From the NCBI RefSeq assembly GCF_006345805.1, contig NC_043016.1:62001-126000 (forward strand): a stretch of 64,000 nt of DNA. The letters are read 5' to 3'. The position numbers and the translations under genes were made by a program. Source of the DNA: Octopus sinensis (Eukaryota). Of this stretch, positions 52,511 through 64,000 are shown piece after piece (the stretch's first letter is position 1; each line of letters opens with the position of its first letter). Below the pieces are notes generated by a model. It saw nothing but the letters and a program-made list of their open reading frames with translations, was not told where the DNA came from and searched no databases.

Positions 52511-52533
52511 AATATATATATATATAATATATA

Positions 52534-52581
<48 letters not shown>

Positions 52582-52584
52582 TAT

Positions 52585-53752
52585 CTACCCGTCTGTCTGA
52601 TAGACAATGGGTCGCGCCAAGGGTGGGGCCTACTTTGATGATGAGCAGCGTCTGCTGTGACTGAACAGTCCAACTCTAGAGTGGCAGTCCCTGGTACAGT
52701 TGCTGCACACGAACATCGATGGGTACGTGTGGGGTGTTGCTGCAGTTGTCCTCCTCCTGTCCCGCCTGTCCGACCACAGCTGTGCTCTCCTTTCCTCAGC
52801 CATGGAAACGCCTTTCCTCACTGTCCGACGCCAGGCAGAGCGGTCAGCAGCTGTTACCTCCCACGTGTCCACACAGATGTTGGCAGTCCTCAGGTCGCGC
52901 TTGCACACATCCCTGTATCGTAGCTGTGGACGTCCCTTGGGTCGGGATCCCGTGGTGAGTTCGCTGTACAGGATGTCTTTAGGCATGCGACCGTCCTGCA
53001 TGCGGCAGACGTGTCCGAGCCAGTGCAGTCGTCTCCGCACGAGGAGGGCATGCATGCTTGGCATATTAGTCTGTTCTAGGATGACTCCGTTTGGTACTCG
53101 GTCCTTCCAGGAGATGCCAAGGATCCGTCGAAGACACCGCATGTGGAAGCCGCTGAGGCGGCATTCTTGCCGGGTGTATGTTGTCCAGCTCTCGCTGCCG
53201 TAGAGTAGGGTGCTCAGCACGCAGGCTCGGTACACTGCGATCTTGGTGGTTATTGCGAGCATGTTGTTTTCCCACATTCTCCTGGAGAGCTTAGCCATGG
53301 CAGCAGCAGCCTTCCCAATCCGTCTGTTCAGCTCCGGCTCGAGGGACAGGCTGCTGGAGACCGTCGATCCCAGGTAAGTGAACTCGTTCACCACCTGCAA
53401 GCTGTGGTCGCCGACACTGATGCTGGGGACCCCTCCGACGTCATGTCCCATGATCTCTGTCTTTTTCAGGCCGATGGTAAAGCCGAACTCTTGGCAGGCA
53501 TCCGCCAGGGAGCTGACCAGCCTCTGGAGACCCGGCTGGTTGTGTGATGTTAGGGCGGCATCGTCAGCAAAGAGGATCTCTCTGATCAGAACCTGACGGA
53601 CTTTGGTCTTAGCTCTGAGGCGCGCAAGATTGAACAATCCACCATCAGCCCAGGTGTGGAGGAACACTCCGTCGTCGGACGTTCTGAAGGCATAGGACAA
53701 GACAAGGGAGAAGAAAATTCTGAAGAGCGTCGGCGCCAGAACGCAACCCTGC
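52585..53752 (-). mobile_element. Young 5'-truncated RTE LINE (third lineage) inserted in (TA)n
   Basis: (TA)n on both flanks; short 3' UTR; GC-rich; frame uninterrupted. Confidence 0.93.
52630..53752 (-). pseudogene. RTE ORF2 C-terminal part: RT motifs, thumb and C2H2-type finger; no genuine start codon
   Basis: QGCVLAPTLF, ILFADD, EFTYLGS, TLLYGSESW, RRLHWLGHVCRM, GRPQLRYRD, FVCSNCTRDCHSRVGLFSHSRRC; the N-terminal MITVIYIYI of the ORF track comes from flanking TA repeat. Confidence 0.92.
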
Positions 53753-53778
53753 GTATATATATATATATATATATATAT

Positions 53779-54089
53779 AACCGTGATCACCGTGCACGAC
53801 CAGACTACCAGATGTTGCTACACATCGCTGGTCACAATGCGTTTCGCATTGTTTTAGCCTTCAAATGACGCCACCCCGCTGGCTAAGCGAGCAGGCCAAC
53901 ATAAGAAAGAGTAAGAGAAAGTTGTGGCGAAAGAGTACAACAGGGATCGGTACCACCCCCTACCGGAGCCTCGTGGAGCTTTAGGTGTTTTTGCTCAATA
54001 AACAATCACAACGCCTGGTCTGGGAATCGAAACCGCGATCCTACAACCGCGAGTTCGCTGCCCTAACCACTGGGCCATTGGGCCTCCAC
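53779..54089 (-). mobile_element. S3 SINE, tail type c
   Basis: Same head and core as 17650-17833; different tail ending gtgcacggtgatcacgg-(TA)n. Confidence 0.85.
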
Positions 54090-54114
54090 ATACAAACACA
54101 CGCACACACACACA

Positions 54115-54153
<39 letters not shown>

Positions 54154-54299
54154 AGATATATATATATATATTCTCAGAACATGGATTTATATAGTGTGAT
54201 AATTACAAAATAGTCATTTGGTGGACCAGGCTACAAACCACATAGTAACCCCATGCATAGGAATGTAGCGTAGAGTCTTATGCAGCTGAAATCCAGTTA

Positions 54300-55720
54300 C
54301 CCCAATCAATGAAAATGAACAGGAATTGTCCGTATTTGTAGACTCCACATTCGGGTTACCTCTATCTCCAAATCTTTGTATTTTGAAAGCTTCTCCGTTT
54401 CTTTCAGACAAATGTTATCATCTGTTGATATTGATACATCACTTAGAAAGCATTTTTTATCTTGGTGATCTCTGTCAAACTATATCCGGCCAGTTGACCT
54501 TAATTTCTCCATCTGTGTGTATTGGCATATCCCAGAGTCTGGTTGCTTTCTGATTTTCAGTGACTTTTCGTGGGGTATGCCTATACCATCTTTTTTCTGT
54601 TGTGATTCCATAGTGTTGGCATAGCTTCCAGTGTATATAGGTCTCAACTCTGTCTTTTAATTTGTTAATTTCAAGATGGAACCGACCGTGTAATTTCATG
54701 CGGAGTAGTCTCTCTCGTTGGCTATTCGTGATCGGAATTTACTTGCACTCACAACTTCCTTGTTAGTAAATCCTTCTGCACTAGCAGCATATTGTAGCAG
54801 TTCTTGTTTGCTATTTACCAAATATTCTGCCATGTTTCTTCTTTCACTGTTGATACACTCCCGTATGCTAATCAGCCCATGTCCACCTTTACACCTCTTC
54901 ATGTAGAACCTGTGTATGCTCGCCTTAGGGTGTTATTGTCTTTCGAATAGTGCATTGTTATTGTTTATCGGATAGTGCGATCGAGTTGGTTAATCTCCGC
55001 TGGTATCCATTTCCTGAGTGGATTTAAAATAGCAGGAAAGTGACATGAGCACGTCCTAGGGCTGTGAGGAGAATAATTATTAAATACAGTTCTATATTTA
55101 AGAGATGAGGAATTATGTACATTATTTACATTATTTACAATTGACGGATATTTGTCCTCATCTTGTTTGTTAACAACAAACAAGATGGGGACAAATATTC
55201 GTCAATTGTAAACACGTAAATAGTGTAAATTATCAAATAGTTTTAAGGGATGGTGACTGTCCAAATAATTGAAACAAGAAAACAGGAGGAACTTATAGAA
55301 GACAAAAGAAACATTACTACATGCACTTTAACGGACTACAACAACAGTCCATACGTTGATAGCATTCACAAGGTTCCATGAGCTGAGTTTTGACTTCAAA
55401 AGAAGTTTAAGGCGCTTCAAATATACAGTGATGACCTTGTCTTTCATTTCTCTGTGCAATATATTGTCCAGCTCCAGGATTCCAAGGTACCTGTACCCAT
55501 CATCATCCGGGTTTTCCATTCACTCCCCGTTTGGCAATTCTATGCTCCTACAATACGTTCTTTTCTCCCGTTTTAAAGTGAGCACCGTTCACTTTGAAAT
55601 ACCGAATTCCATCCTCCCTATATCCTTGCTGCACAGTCTCAACCAGACTCACTCATTTCAGGTTTGTTTTATTAACAGTTTTAAATCATCCATGAAGAGA
55701 AGGTGGTTGAGATGAGCTCC
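54300..55720 (-). mobile_element. Decayed, internally deleted R4/Dong-like LINE
   Basis: HLLFMDDLK, YRYLGILELD, GGHGLISIRECI, LHGRF, HWKLCQHYG..LWDMPIHTD..WPDIV, KETEKLSKY. Confidence 0.85.
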
Positions 55721-55919
55721 GTTCTTTCTCAGCTCATAATATGCTTAGACTTTGCGTAGGCTATGTTCTCTAAAAACAGAATCCGTGTAGGATGGGCTGC
55801 TTAGCGTGTTGTAGTTGCTTCCTGTGTTATTGATGTTGTTGCAGCTGCTGTTGTTTTTGTCTTTGTCTGGGCAGCCTTCTGTCGTAGTTGTCAATTGCTG
55901 CATTTATTGTTGAACCTAT

Positions 55920-56095
55920 GTATAGAAGCATTCATTCTCTTTCTATTTATTTCATCTTATTCTTTTCTGTCGAAGAGTGTAGGCTCCAAGCGTAAAAGAC
56001 ACTTCTATTTATCCCCAGAGTCAAACTAATACATTTGCTTGTTGTTTCTACATCTTTGTTCGTCTTTTGCTTTTCTATAAATTTGAACTACAGTA
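55920..56095 (+). mobile_element. Penelope-like terminal fragment, degenerate hammerhead
   Basis: cttttctgtcgaagagtgtaggctccaagcgtaaaagac. Confidence 0.55.
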
Positions 56096-56099
56096 GCAG

Positions 56100-56148
56100 T
56101 GTTATCATCATCATCATTATTATTATTATTTTATTATTATTGTTATTA

Positions 56149-56179
<31 letters not shown>

Positions 56180-56268
56180 TTATTATATTATTGTTATTAT
56201 TGTTATTATTATTATTGTTATTATTGTTATATTATTATTATTATTATATATTATTATTATTATTATTA

Positions 56269-56308
<40 letters not shown>

Positions 56309-56328
56309 CATTATTATTATTATCATTA

Positions 56329-56388
<60 letters not shown>

Positions 56389-56419
56389 GTTATTATTGTT
56401 ATTATTATTATTGTTATTA

Positions 56420-56516
<97 letters not shown>

Positions 56517-56545
56517 CATTATTATTATTATCATTATTATTATTA

Positions 56546-56612
<67 letters not shown>

Positions 56613-56658
56613 CATCATCATCATTATTATTATTATTATTATATTATTATTGTTATTA

Positions 56659-56721
<63 letters not shown>

Positions 56722-56722
56722 T
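56100..56722. repeat. ~620-bp (ATT)n microsatellite
   Basis: Direct reading. Confidence 0.97.
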
Positions 56723-56890
56723 ATGTTTTTTCCTTCTTTCTTAATATTTTCTTCCATTTCTCCCCGAGTGTTTTCCGTACACCTAGGGCAGAGAAGCTCA
56801 TTGTATGCATTCCCAGATTACACGTGCATATTCACTGATAAAATATGTATTCAAAAATTGATAAATAAATAAATTCATGGATGGATTTTT
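56723..56890 (-). mobile_element. R4/Dong-like 3' UTR only
   Basis: Reverse complement matches 63510-63676 (gtgtaatctgggaatgcatacaatg..ctctgccct.ggtgta.ggaaaacact); ends in (TAA)n. Confidence 0.85.
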
Positions 56891-56949
56891 TTACAACGAT
56901 AATGCTCTTCTCAGTACATGAGCCGTTCCAGTTAATACGATTTTATTAA

Positions 56950-56977
56950 TTTTTATTATTATTATTATTATTATTAT

Positions 56978-57035
<58 letters not shown>

Positions 57036-57140
57036 GGTGGTGGTAGTAGTAGTAGTAGTAACAGCAGCAGCAGTAGTAGCAGTAGTAGTAGTAGTAGTAA
57101 CAGTTGCAGCAGTATTAGTAGTAGTAGTGGCGGTGGTAGC
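56950..57140. repeat. (ATT)(GTA)(GTG)(GCA) compound microsatellite
   Basis: Direct reading. Confidence 0.9.
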
Positions 57141-57163
57141 AGCAGAGTAGCTGTTGTTTATTT

Positions 57164-57310
57164 AAGGCAGTGAGCTGACAGATTCATCTACAGGCTGGGC
57201 GAAATACTGAGCGGTATTTCGGCCATCTTCACGTTCTGAGTTCTAATTGCTACAGGGCAGACTTTGCATCTCATCTTTTAGGGTTCGATGAAAAAAAAGT
57301 ACCAGTAGTT
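57164..57310 (+). mobile_element. Old S1-variant SINE
   Basis: ggcagtgagctgacaga..gagcggtatttcgg..acgttctgagttc. Confidence 0.65.
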
Positions 57311-57559
57311 CCAGTACTGAAACTACTGGTACTGAAAAGTACCAATACTGAAACTGCTTCTTGTAATCCTTTCGCACACACCGGTATAGCAGTATAGTTA
57401 GTTAGTTAGACATGTAAGACCACGACTATCTATAGCCGTCTACTTCATACTCTCTACTTACACCGACACTGACTGACAGTATTTATATCGACTAGCACAC
57501 CACCCGTCACGTGGGCGGGTTAGGGTTATACCAATAACAACTCTAAATTAGAATATTGA

Positions 57560-57990
57560 CTTGAGGTATGGTGACAAGTCTCCACTAATCTGAAGAATAT
57601 TTCGTAATATTTTTACAGAAGAGGGAACTGCAATAGTTTTGAGATTAGGAAAGCCAGTCTTACTTCCAATGTCGTTCAGCATTTTAGGTAGCATTTTGGG
57701 TCATGTTCCAGTTGCACCAATTATCGCAGGAGTAAATGTCGTCCTAGTCTTCCACAATCTTCATCTCTATGGCTAGTTGCTGATATTTTTTAGTTTTTCA
57801 TTTCTTTGTTTTTTCTTTTTTTCTTTTTGGTATCCATTTGTTCCACGTCATATTTGTTCCACGTACTTCTCGAGAGTTTTGCTCACTATTCCCAGGGCTC
57901 TAACAATTATTGGTACTACTGCTACCTTTTTCATCGGCCAAAATTGCTTAACTTCCCAAGCTAACCTCTCATATCTCTCGACTTTTCTTT
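57560..57990 (-). mobile_element. Two RLE-type LINE C-terminal fragments
   Basis: EKVERYERLAWEVKQFWPMKKVAVVPIIVRALG; TPAIIGATGT. Confidence 0.65.
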
Positions 57991-58019
57991 CTTATTTTTT
58001 TCTTTCTTATTATTTCTTA

Positions 58020-58077
<58 letters not shown>

Positions 58078-58079
<2 letters not shown>

Positions 58080-58500
58080 GACGATGAGCTGGCAGAATTG
58101 TTACCGCATCGGACAAAATACTTAGGTGCATTTCTTCTAGCTCTACTATGTGAGTTCAAATGTCTCTGAAGTCCTGCCTGCCTTTCATTTTTTAGGGGTC
58201 GATAAAGTAAGTACTTGTTGATCACTGGGCGTCGGCGTAATCGACTTATTGCCATCCCTCGAAATTATTTGCCATTTCTACCAAATTTTGGAATTATTAT
58301 TACTAAGGTGGCGAAGTGGCAGAATTGTTAGCATATTTCGCTGTATTTATTCCGGCTCTTAATGTTCTTAGTTCAAATTCCGCCGACATACATTTGCTTT
58401 CCATCCTTTCGGGGTCGAAAAAACAAAGTACGATTCAAGTTCTGGGGCAAATATATCGACTTACTCAATATTGTTAAGATTGTGCCAAAACCAGAAAGAA
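58078..58500 (+). mobile_element. Two old S1-variant SINEs
   Basis: gagctggcagaattgtta..gagttcaaat..tttcat..ggggtcgataaa at 58085 and 58310. Confidence 0.7.
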
Positions 58501-59877
58501 TTGTTATTTTACATTAGAAGATTGTTAAATCTGTTGTTTTGCACTTCATTCTCTCTAACGTGTCATCTGAGTCTAGATATAAATTGTACAGCAAAATTTT
58601 AAGAAAAAAACAATGCAATCTTAATAGAAAATGTCTCTTGTTCTGATCTTACGAGATCACAGACATTCAAGAGCAGTAAATACTGAAAAGAATCTCATAT
58701 TTCTTCACGAACAACTGATATATTCGGATTTTAACTAACAACTGATGGACCTGGAACGATAAAACTTTTAATACTAAGATGATAAATTACTATTCCTAAT
58801 GGACAACCATTTAAACAGTTTTTCACGAAAATCACATTTGACGATATTTTATTGCTGGAAATAATAGAATAAGAATTCTGATTGTTTGAGACGCTAACTA
58901 TATGAAAAGCCTGTCACTTTAAACTGGACACAACTGCAAAGCCCCTTCGTAAAGAACAATTTATAACACATATGTTTTTGTTGAATGCAATGAAAGTAAC
59001 ATTTTCTTTTCTTTCTTTAATATAATAAATTGTGAAATTGATATTCTCCAGAAAGAATAAAACCTCACAAATTCAAGTCTTGAAAGGTGAATTTTATTAT
59101 CTTAACAGACAGACGAAAATAATGGGTTATTTGTGTTTATCACGGGATTTTAATAAATAAATAGTTGTACAAGTCTGACATGAAGAAATTAGAAATAGAT
59201 GTATAAACTTATTTTTAAAACAAACTAATGGTTCAATAAAGGACATCTTACTGCAAGTGTCACATTATATCAACTAGACACGAAAACAAGTAACACGAAA
59301 TGTGGTTAACTTGAAGATAACATAAAAGCTACAATTGGACAGACGGCAGAATTTTAAATCAATAGTGCCAAAGTTGCAGGTGGCGTTCACAATATACAAT
59401 AGTTAGCTTGAATATTTGTAACAGAATTTGCGAATGGACTTAGAATGTGGAGCTTGGTGTTAGGCATTCATCTTTACCTAGCAACTGTAGTAAATACCTT
59501 GCAGGATTAAAGGAGATTTAGAGATTTCCGGTAGGGATGAGAATTTACGTAAAGTTATGGATATATGTGAGTATGTATGTATATATAAAGATTATTATTT
59601 CTAAATATCTCAAAGAGAGATTTTCAGTAACGGTTTTTTAAGGTATAAACTATTTGCCAACATAATGTGGAAGTCCTGGTTGAGAGGATTGGTATTGTTG
59701 TTTAATCTTAGGAAACATAGTTTCTAGCTTGTTATACGACACAATATATATGAGTTCTTATATTTTCGAATAGGGAATTTGTGGTGGATGGGGGTGCTGA
59801 TATTGTGTCGTATAGCCAGCTGGAAACAATGTTTCCTGGGGCTAAACAACAGTAACTACCGTCCCATCCAGAACAGC

Positions 59878-59994
59878 CACGTCGAAGAGCCTAGGCTCGA
59901 AACATTAAAGACTTTCTCACTTCCCGAGCGTTAAATTAATACATCTGTTTGTTGTCTATACACTCGTATTCTTCTTCTGTTTTTTTTGTACATT

Positions 59995-59998
<4 letters not shown>
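59878..59998 (+). mobile_element. Penelope-like terminal fragment
   Basis: gtcgaagagcctaggctcgaaacattaaagac..ttaatacatctgtttgttgt. Confidence 0.55.
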
Positions 59999-60077
<79 letters not shown>

Positions 60078-60301
60078 GTAAGGCTAAGACATTTCAATTT
60101 AAGAAGGAATTTAATGAAAATGATTAAAAAAGTATTTGAAAATTTATTTGAACAATTGCAGCGTGGAAGGTGTCTATAAGCCATTTAAGAAACACACAAA
60201 AACCTTCCACGCTGCAATTGTTTTCGTTCAAGCACAAGATCTCAGATCAAGTCACTTGCTATGCAAGTACATCTCCGAAATATATATATATATATATATA
60301 G

Positions 60302-60343
<42 letters not shown>

Positions 60344-60914
60344 GCACAGAGAGATCAGAGAGAGAGAGAAAGATATATATATATATACATACGTACATAT
60401 ATGTTGATACCTATACATATATATTTATATACATATATACATGTGAGCATGTGCATGTTTGTGTGTGTGTGAATAAGTTCATATATAATATATATATATA
60501 TATATATACGAGCGAGTGGATAAACGAAAGAAGGGCACCCAACCAATTTATTGGGAGTTACATGAATAGATCAAAACAGTTTGATTCAAATTCGTTGGTA
60601 CTCTTGAGATTCAAGCGTGGTGCTAATAACACACGGACACACACACTCGTGGTCTTCGAATATATATCAAAATAAGCAACAACGATATCCAGAGGTAATG
60701 CAATACGATCGTTTAAAGCAACTCCATTTGATTGAACAATGGAACCATAACATCAATTTAAATGCCTGCCTTATATCAATTTCGTACCAAAGAGAAAAGT
60801 CCGTTTTCTTTGTATTTAAAAAAACGGCCATTGAACACGTTGGAGTTCTGCTTTAACTGCTTTTTCTCTTATTTATTTATATATATATATATAATATTAT
60901 ATATATATATACAT

Positions 60915-61290
60915 GTAGGAGTGGCTGTGTGGTAAGTATCTTGCTTACGAACCACATAGTTCCGGGTTCAGTCCCACTGCGTGGCACCTTGGGTAAGCCT
61001 TGTGAGTGAATTTGGTAGACGGAAACTGAAAGAAACCCGTCGTATATATGTATATATATGTATGTGCGTGTTTGTGTGTCTGTGTTTGTCCCCCCAACAT
61101 CGCTTGACAACCGATGCTGGTGTGTTTATGTCCCCGTAACTTAGCGGTTCGGCAAAAAAGACACCAATAAAATAAGTACTAGGCTTACAAAGAATAAGTC
61201 CTGAGGTCGATTTGATCGACTAAAGGCAGTGCTCCAGCATGGCCACAGTCACATGACTGAAACAAGTAAAAGAGTAAAAGAGAAAAGAGT
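60915..61290 (+). mobile_element. S2 SINE with short core deletion
   Basis: ggagtggctgtgtggtaag head; gtcacatgactgaaacaagtaaaag tail. Confidence 0.88.
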
Positions 61291-61981
61291 ATGTATACAT
61301 GTATGTATATACGTGTATATATATACATTTGCATATATAGGTATTGCATCTATGCATGCAATATATATGTATATATACATATATATATGTATACACATTT
61401 ATTCGCATATGTATATACATGCATTGCTTCCAACCCACTTACATACATACATACATTAATGCATACATACATACATACATACATACATACATACATACAT
61501 ACATACATACATACATACATACATACATGCATGCATGCATATATACATACATGTGTATTGACATAAAATGCAAAAATATTCTGTCAGTTTTCATTACACG
61601 TGTTTGCCTGTAATTGGAAGCAAATTTCTGAATATATTTTAGACATATATTATTTATATTAATTTTACTTTACCGCTGAATTTCTTTTCATCTCTGACAA
61701 ATTATAAACATAATTCATTAGCTTAATGATGCTACTAAACTCATGGGAATGTCATTTTTTCTTCTTGTGACGCCATAGTGTCTTGGATAAAGTTTTATGT
61801 ACATAAATGAAAGTGACCGATGCAAGATAAGAGTGAAACGACGTCTAGCGTGCGACTGCAATTAATAATGTAACAACTTGAAATCTAATTTAAATTTCCT
61901 TAATCAGTGTTGATAGTAGGTGACAGAGTAAAATTCTCATTTACATTCTCATGTAAGATTATATACACTAATTAGTAATCT

Positions 61982-62022
<41 letters not shown>

Positions 62023-62024
62023 AT

Positions 62025-62205
62025 CTTTTACTTGTTTCAGTCATTTGACTGTCGCCATGCTGGAGCACAGCCTTTAGTCGAGCAATTCGACCCCAGGACT
62101 TATTCTTTGTAAGCTTAGTACTTATTCTATCGGCTTCTTTTGCCGAACCGCTAAGTTAGGGGACGTAAACACACCAGCATCGGTTGTCAAGTGATGTTGG
62201 AGGGA

Positions 62206-62281
<76 letters not shown>

Positions 62282-62363
62282 CGACGGGCTTCTTTTCAGT
62301 TTCTGTCTACCAAATCCACTCACATGTGGCTGGTAAGCAAGCTACTTACCACACAGCCACACC
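62025..62363 (-). mobile_element. S2 SINE with internal deletion
   Basis: Tail and head present, B box and core missing. Confidence 0.82.
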
Positions 62364-62445
62364 TAATCATAATAATAAATAACAACAACAACGACGACGA
62401 CGACGAAAACAACAACAACAGCAACAACAATTATAATAATAATAA

Positions 62446-63699
62446 CCTTCCCAGAGCTCAGGGAGGTCGAGGTTTGATCCAGCTTGAACTTACATACAAA
62501 ACCACCACAATCGGACTGGCCAAATACCTTGAAGCAACCAAGGATTGGATGCTAAAACTTGTTGAAAAACATGAGAGACTGAAAAGACTTCACTCTATTC
62601 TCAAAGAGAGCAAAGAATTCGCTGCTGATCTCCTAGATACCCACCAGATTGATCAGGCTGAAGGAAATGCGCCAACTGCAGCTGCAAAGGAAATAAAATT
62701 AATTGCAAAGACAAAAGCACATGAAAATTTAGCTAGCAGATGGGAACAGAAACCTCTCCATGGCAAGTATGTGGCCCGTAGCAAACAAGCTGATGCCAAC
62801 CAGACACACACGCACCAATGGTTACAAAGCTCAGGGTTAAAAGCAGAGAGTGAAGGTTTCATATTAGCTGCTCAAGACCAAAGCTTATTAACCCGGAACT
62901 ACCAAGCCAATGTGATAAAAAATGGAGCTGACCCAAAATGCCGATTCTGTAACGATGAGATTGAAACATTAGACCACCTAATCTCAGGGTGTAGAGTCTT
63001 AGCACCTTCAGAATATAAAGCAAGCCATGACAGAGTCGGCCAGTATTTACATTGGACAATATGTCGGTATTATAAAATCAAAACCGCTGACAAATGGTAT
63101 AAACACCATCCTGAAGCTGTGACTGAGGGAGAAAATGTGTCGATTCTATGGGACTTCCCCGTGCAGACCGACAAGACTATAAAAGCTAATAAGCCGGATA
63201 CTATTATAAAAGATCAGACAAAAAGGATGTGTTTATTAATTGACATGAGTATTCCCGGTGATCACAATATAGCGGCGAAAGAATTTGACAAGATTAGTAA
63301 ATATAAAGACCTTGCTAATAAAAGTTGAAAAAATGTGGCATCTCAAGGCGACTACAGTACCAGTGATTGTAGGATCTCTAGGAATGATGAAAAAAGGTAT
63401 TGAAACCTATTTGAAAATGATTCCAGGCTTACCATCCCTACAGGAAGTGCAAAAAATCGTATTAACTGGAACGGCTCATGTACTGAGAAGAGCACTATCG
63501 CTGTGAAAATAACATCCATCCATGAATTTATTTATTTATTAATTTTTAAATACATATTTTATCTGTGAATTTGCGCGTGTAATCTGGGAATGCATACAAT
63601 GCCCTTCTCTGCCCTGGGTGTATGGAAAACACTTGGTGAGAAACGGAAGAAAATTTGAAGAAAGAAGGAAAAAACATAATAATAATAATAACAATAATG
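62446..63699 (+). mobile_element. 5'-truncated R4/Dong-like LINE between (AAT)n tracts; C-terminal ORF with one frameshift near 63315
   Basis: GGRGL, KPLHGKY, FILAAQDQSLLTRNY, CRFCNDEIETLDHLISGC (CCHC), HD, KPDTIIKD..LIDMSIP..KISKY (PD..D..K nuclease), VPVIVGSLG..VLRRALSL*; (TAA)n tail at 63677-63699. Confidence 0.93.
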
Positions 63700-63714
63700 A
63701 GAAGTCTAATTGGC

Positions 63715-63995
63715 CGGATTTAGTTGTCAGGGATCACCAAGAAAAAGTTGCTTTCTAAACGATGTATCAATACCAACAGATAACAACGTTTCTCTAAAAG
63801 AAACGGAGAAACTTTCAAAATGTAAAGACCTGGAAATAGAGGTAAATCGAATGTGGAGTCTAAAAACAAAAACAATTCCCATCGTAGTAGGCACATTAAG
63901 TATGATAAAAATAAACATTCAGACAAATACATAATAAAAACACCAGGACTAACACAAGATATAGCACTACTAGGCACCGCACACCTGCTACGTAA
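63715..63995 (+). mobile_element. R4/Dong-like nuclease-domain fragment of a second lineage
   Basis: PDLVVRDHQE..FLNDVSIPTD..KETEKLSKCKDLEIEVNRMW..IPIVVGTL; homologous to 25424-25635 and 54330-54480. Confidence 0.85.
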
Positions 63996-64000
63996 AACAC

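Noticed and set aside
52630-53790. 386-aa ORF as a complete protein-coding gene
   Set aside because: The start codon and first 12 residues come from flanking sequence and (TA)n; it is a 5'-truncated retrotransposon ORF2 lacking the endonuclease and early RT motifs
56035-56872. Long ORFs of 257-267 aa (also 41955-42593, 22788-23227, 14378-14897, 15852-16217)
   Set aside because: They are translations of (ATT)n/(ATC)n microsatellites giving poly-I/L/Y; one strand of these repeats simply lacks stops
60136-60856. ORFs of 179 and 79 aa
   Set aside because: The first is mostly dinucleotide repeat translation; the second has no recognisable motif or convincing splice context

Overview
Eukaryotic, AT-rich, repeat-saturated intronic or intergenic DNA. 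The repeat families and microsatellite load suggest an octopus or other coleoid cephalopod; this is an inference, not verified. No prokaryotic systems, CRISPR arrays, rRNA genes or complete tRNA genes were seen, and no complete host gene can be assembled by eye. Content: (i) non-LTR retrotransposon remnants of three groups: RTE (two decayed multi-kb copies, and one young 5'-truncated copy with an open reading frame of about 375 codons at 52630-53752), Tx1/L1-like (four copies) and restriction-endonuclease-type R4/Dong-like (several); (ii) three tRNA-derived SINE families, here called S1, S2 and S3, plus an unexplained ~550-bp element that sits only in (TAA)n tracts; (iii) Penelope-like terminal fragments carrying minimal hammerhead ribozyme cores; (iv) MITE-like foldbacks; (v) very long microsatellites and one 100-N gap; (vi) a few unique segments with splice-site consensus that may be exons of an unidentified gene (strand unresolved). 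Most interesting observations: a 5' U4 snRNA fragment with an intact kink-turn inserted inside a SINE with a target-site duplication; S1 SINEs sharing their 3' end with the Tx1-like LINE and often inserting at GGTA; headless tandem S1 arrays; S3 SINEs with three interchangeable tails; and a PHD-like finger embedded in the RTE reverse transcriptase. All alignments were done by eye and coordinates of decayed elements are approximate. Nothing here is proven to be a new biological system.
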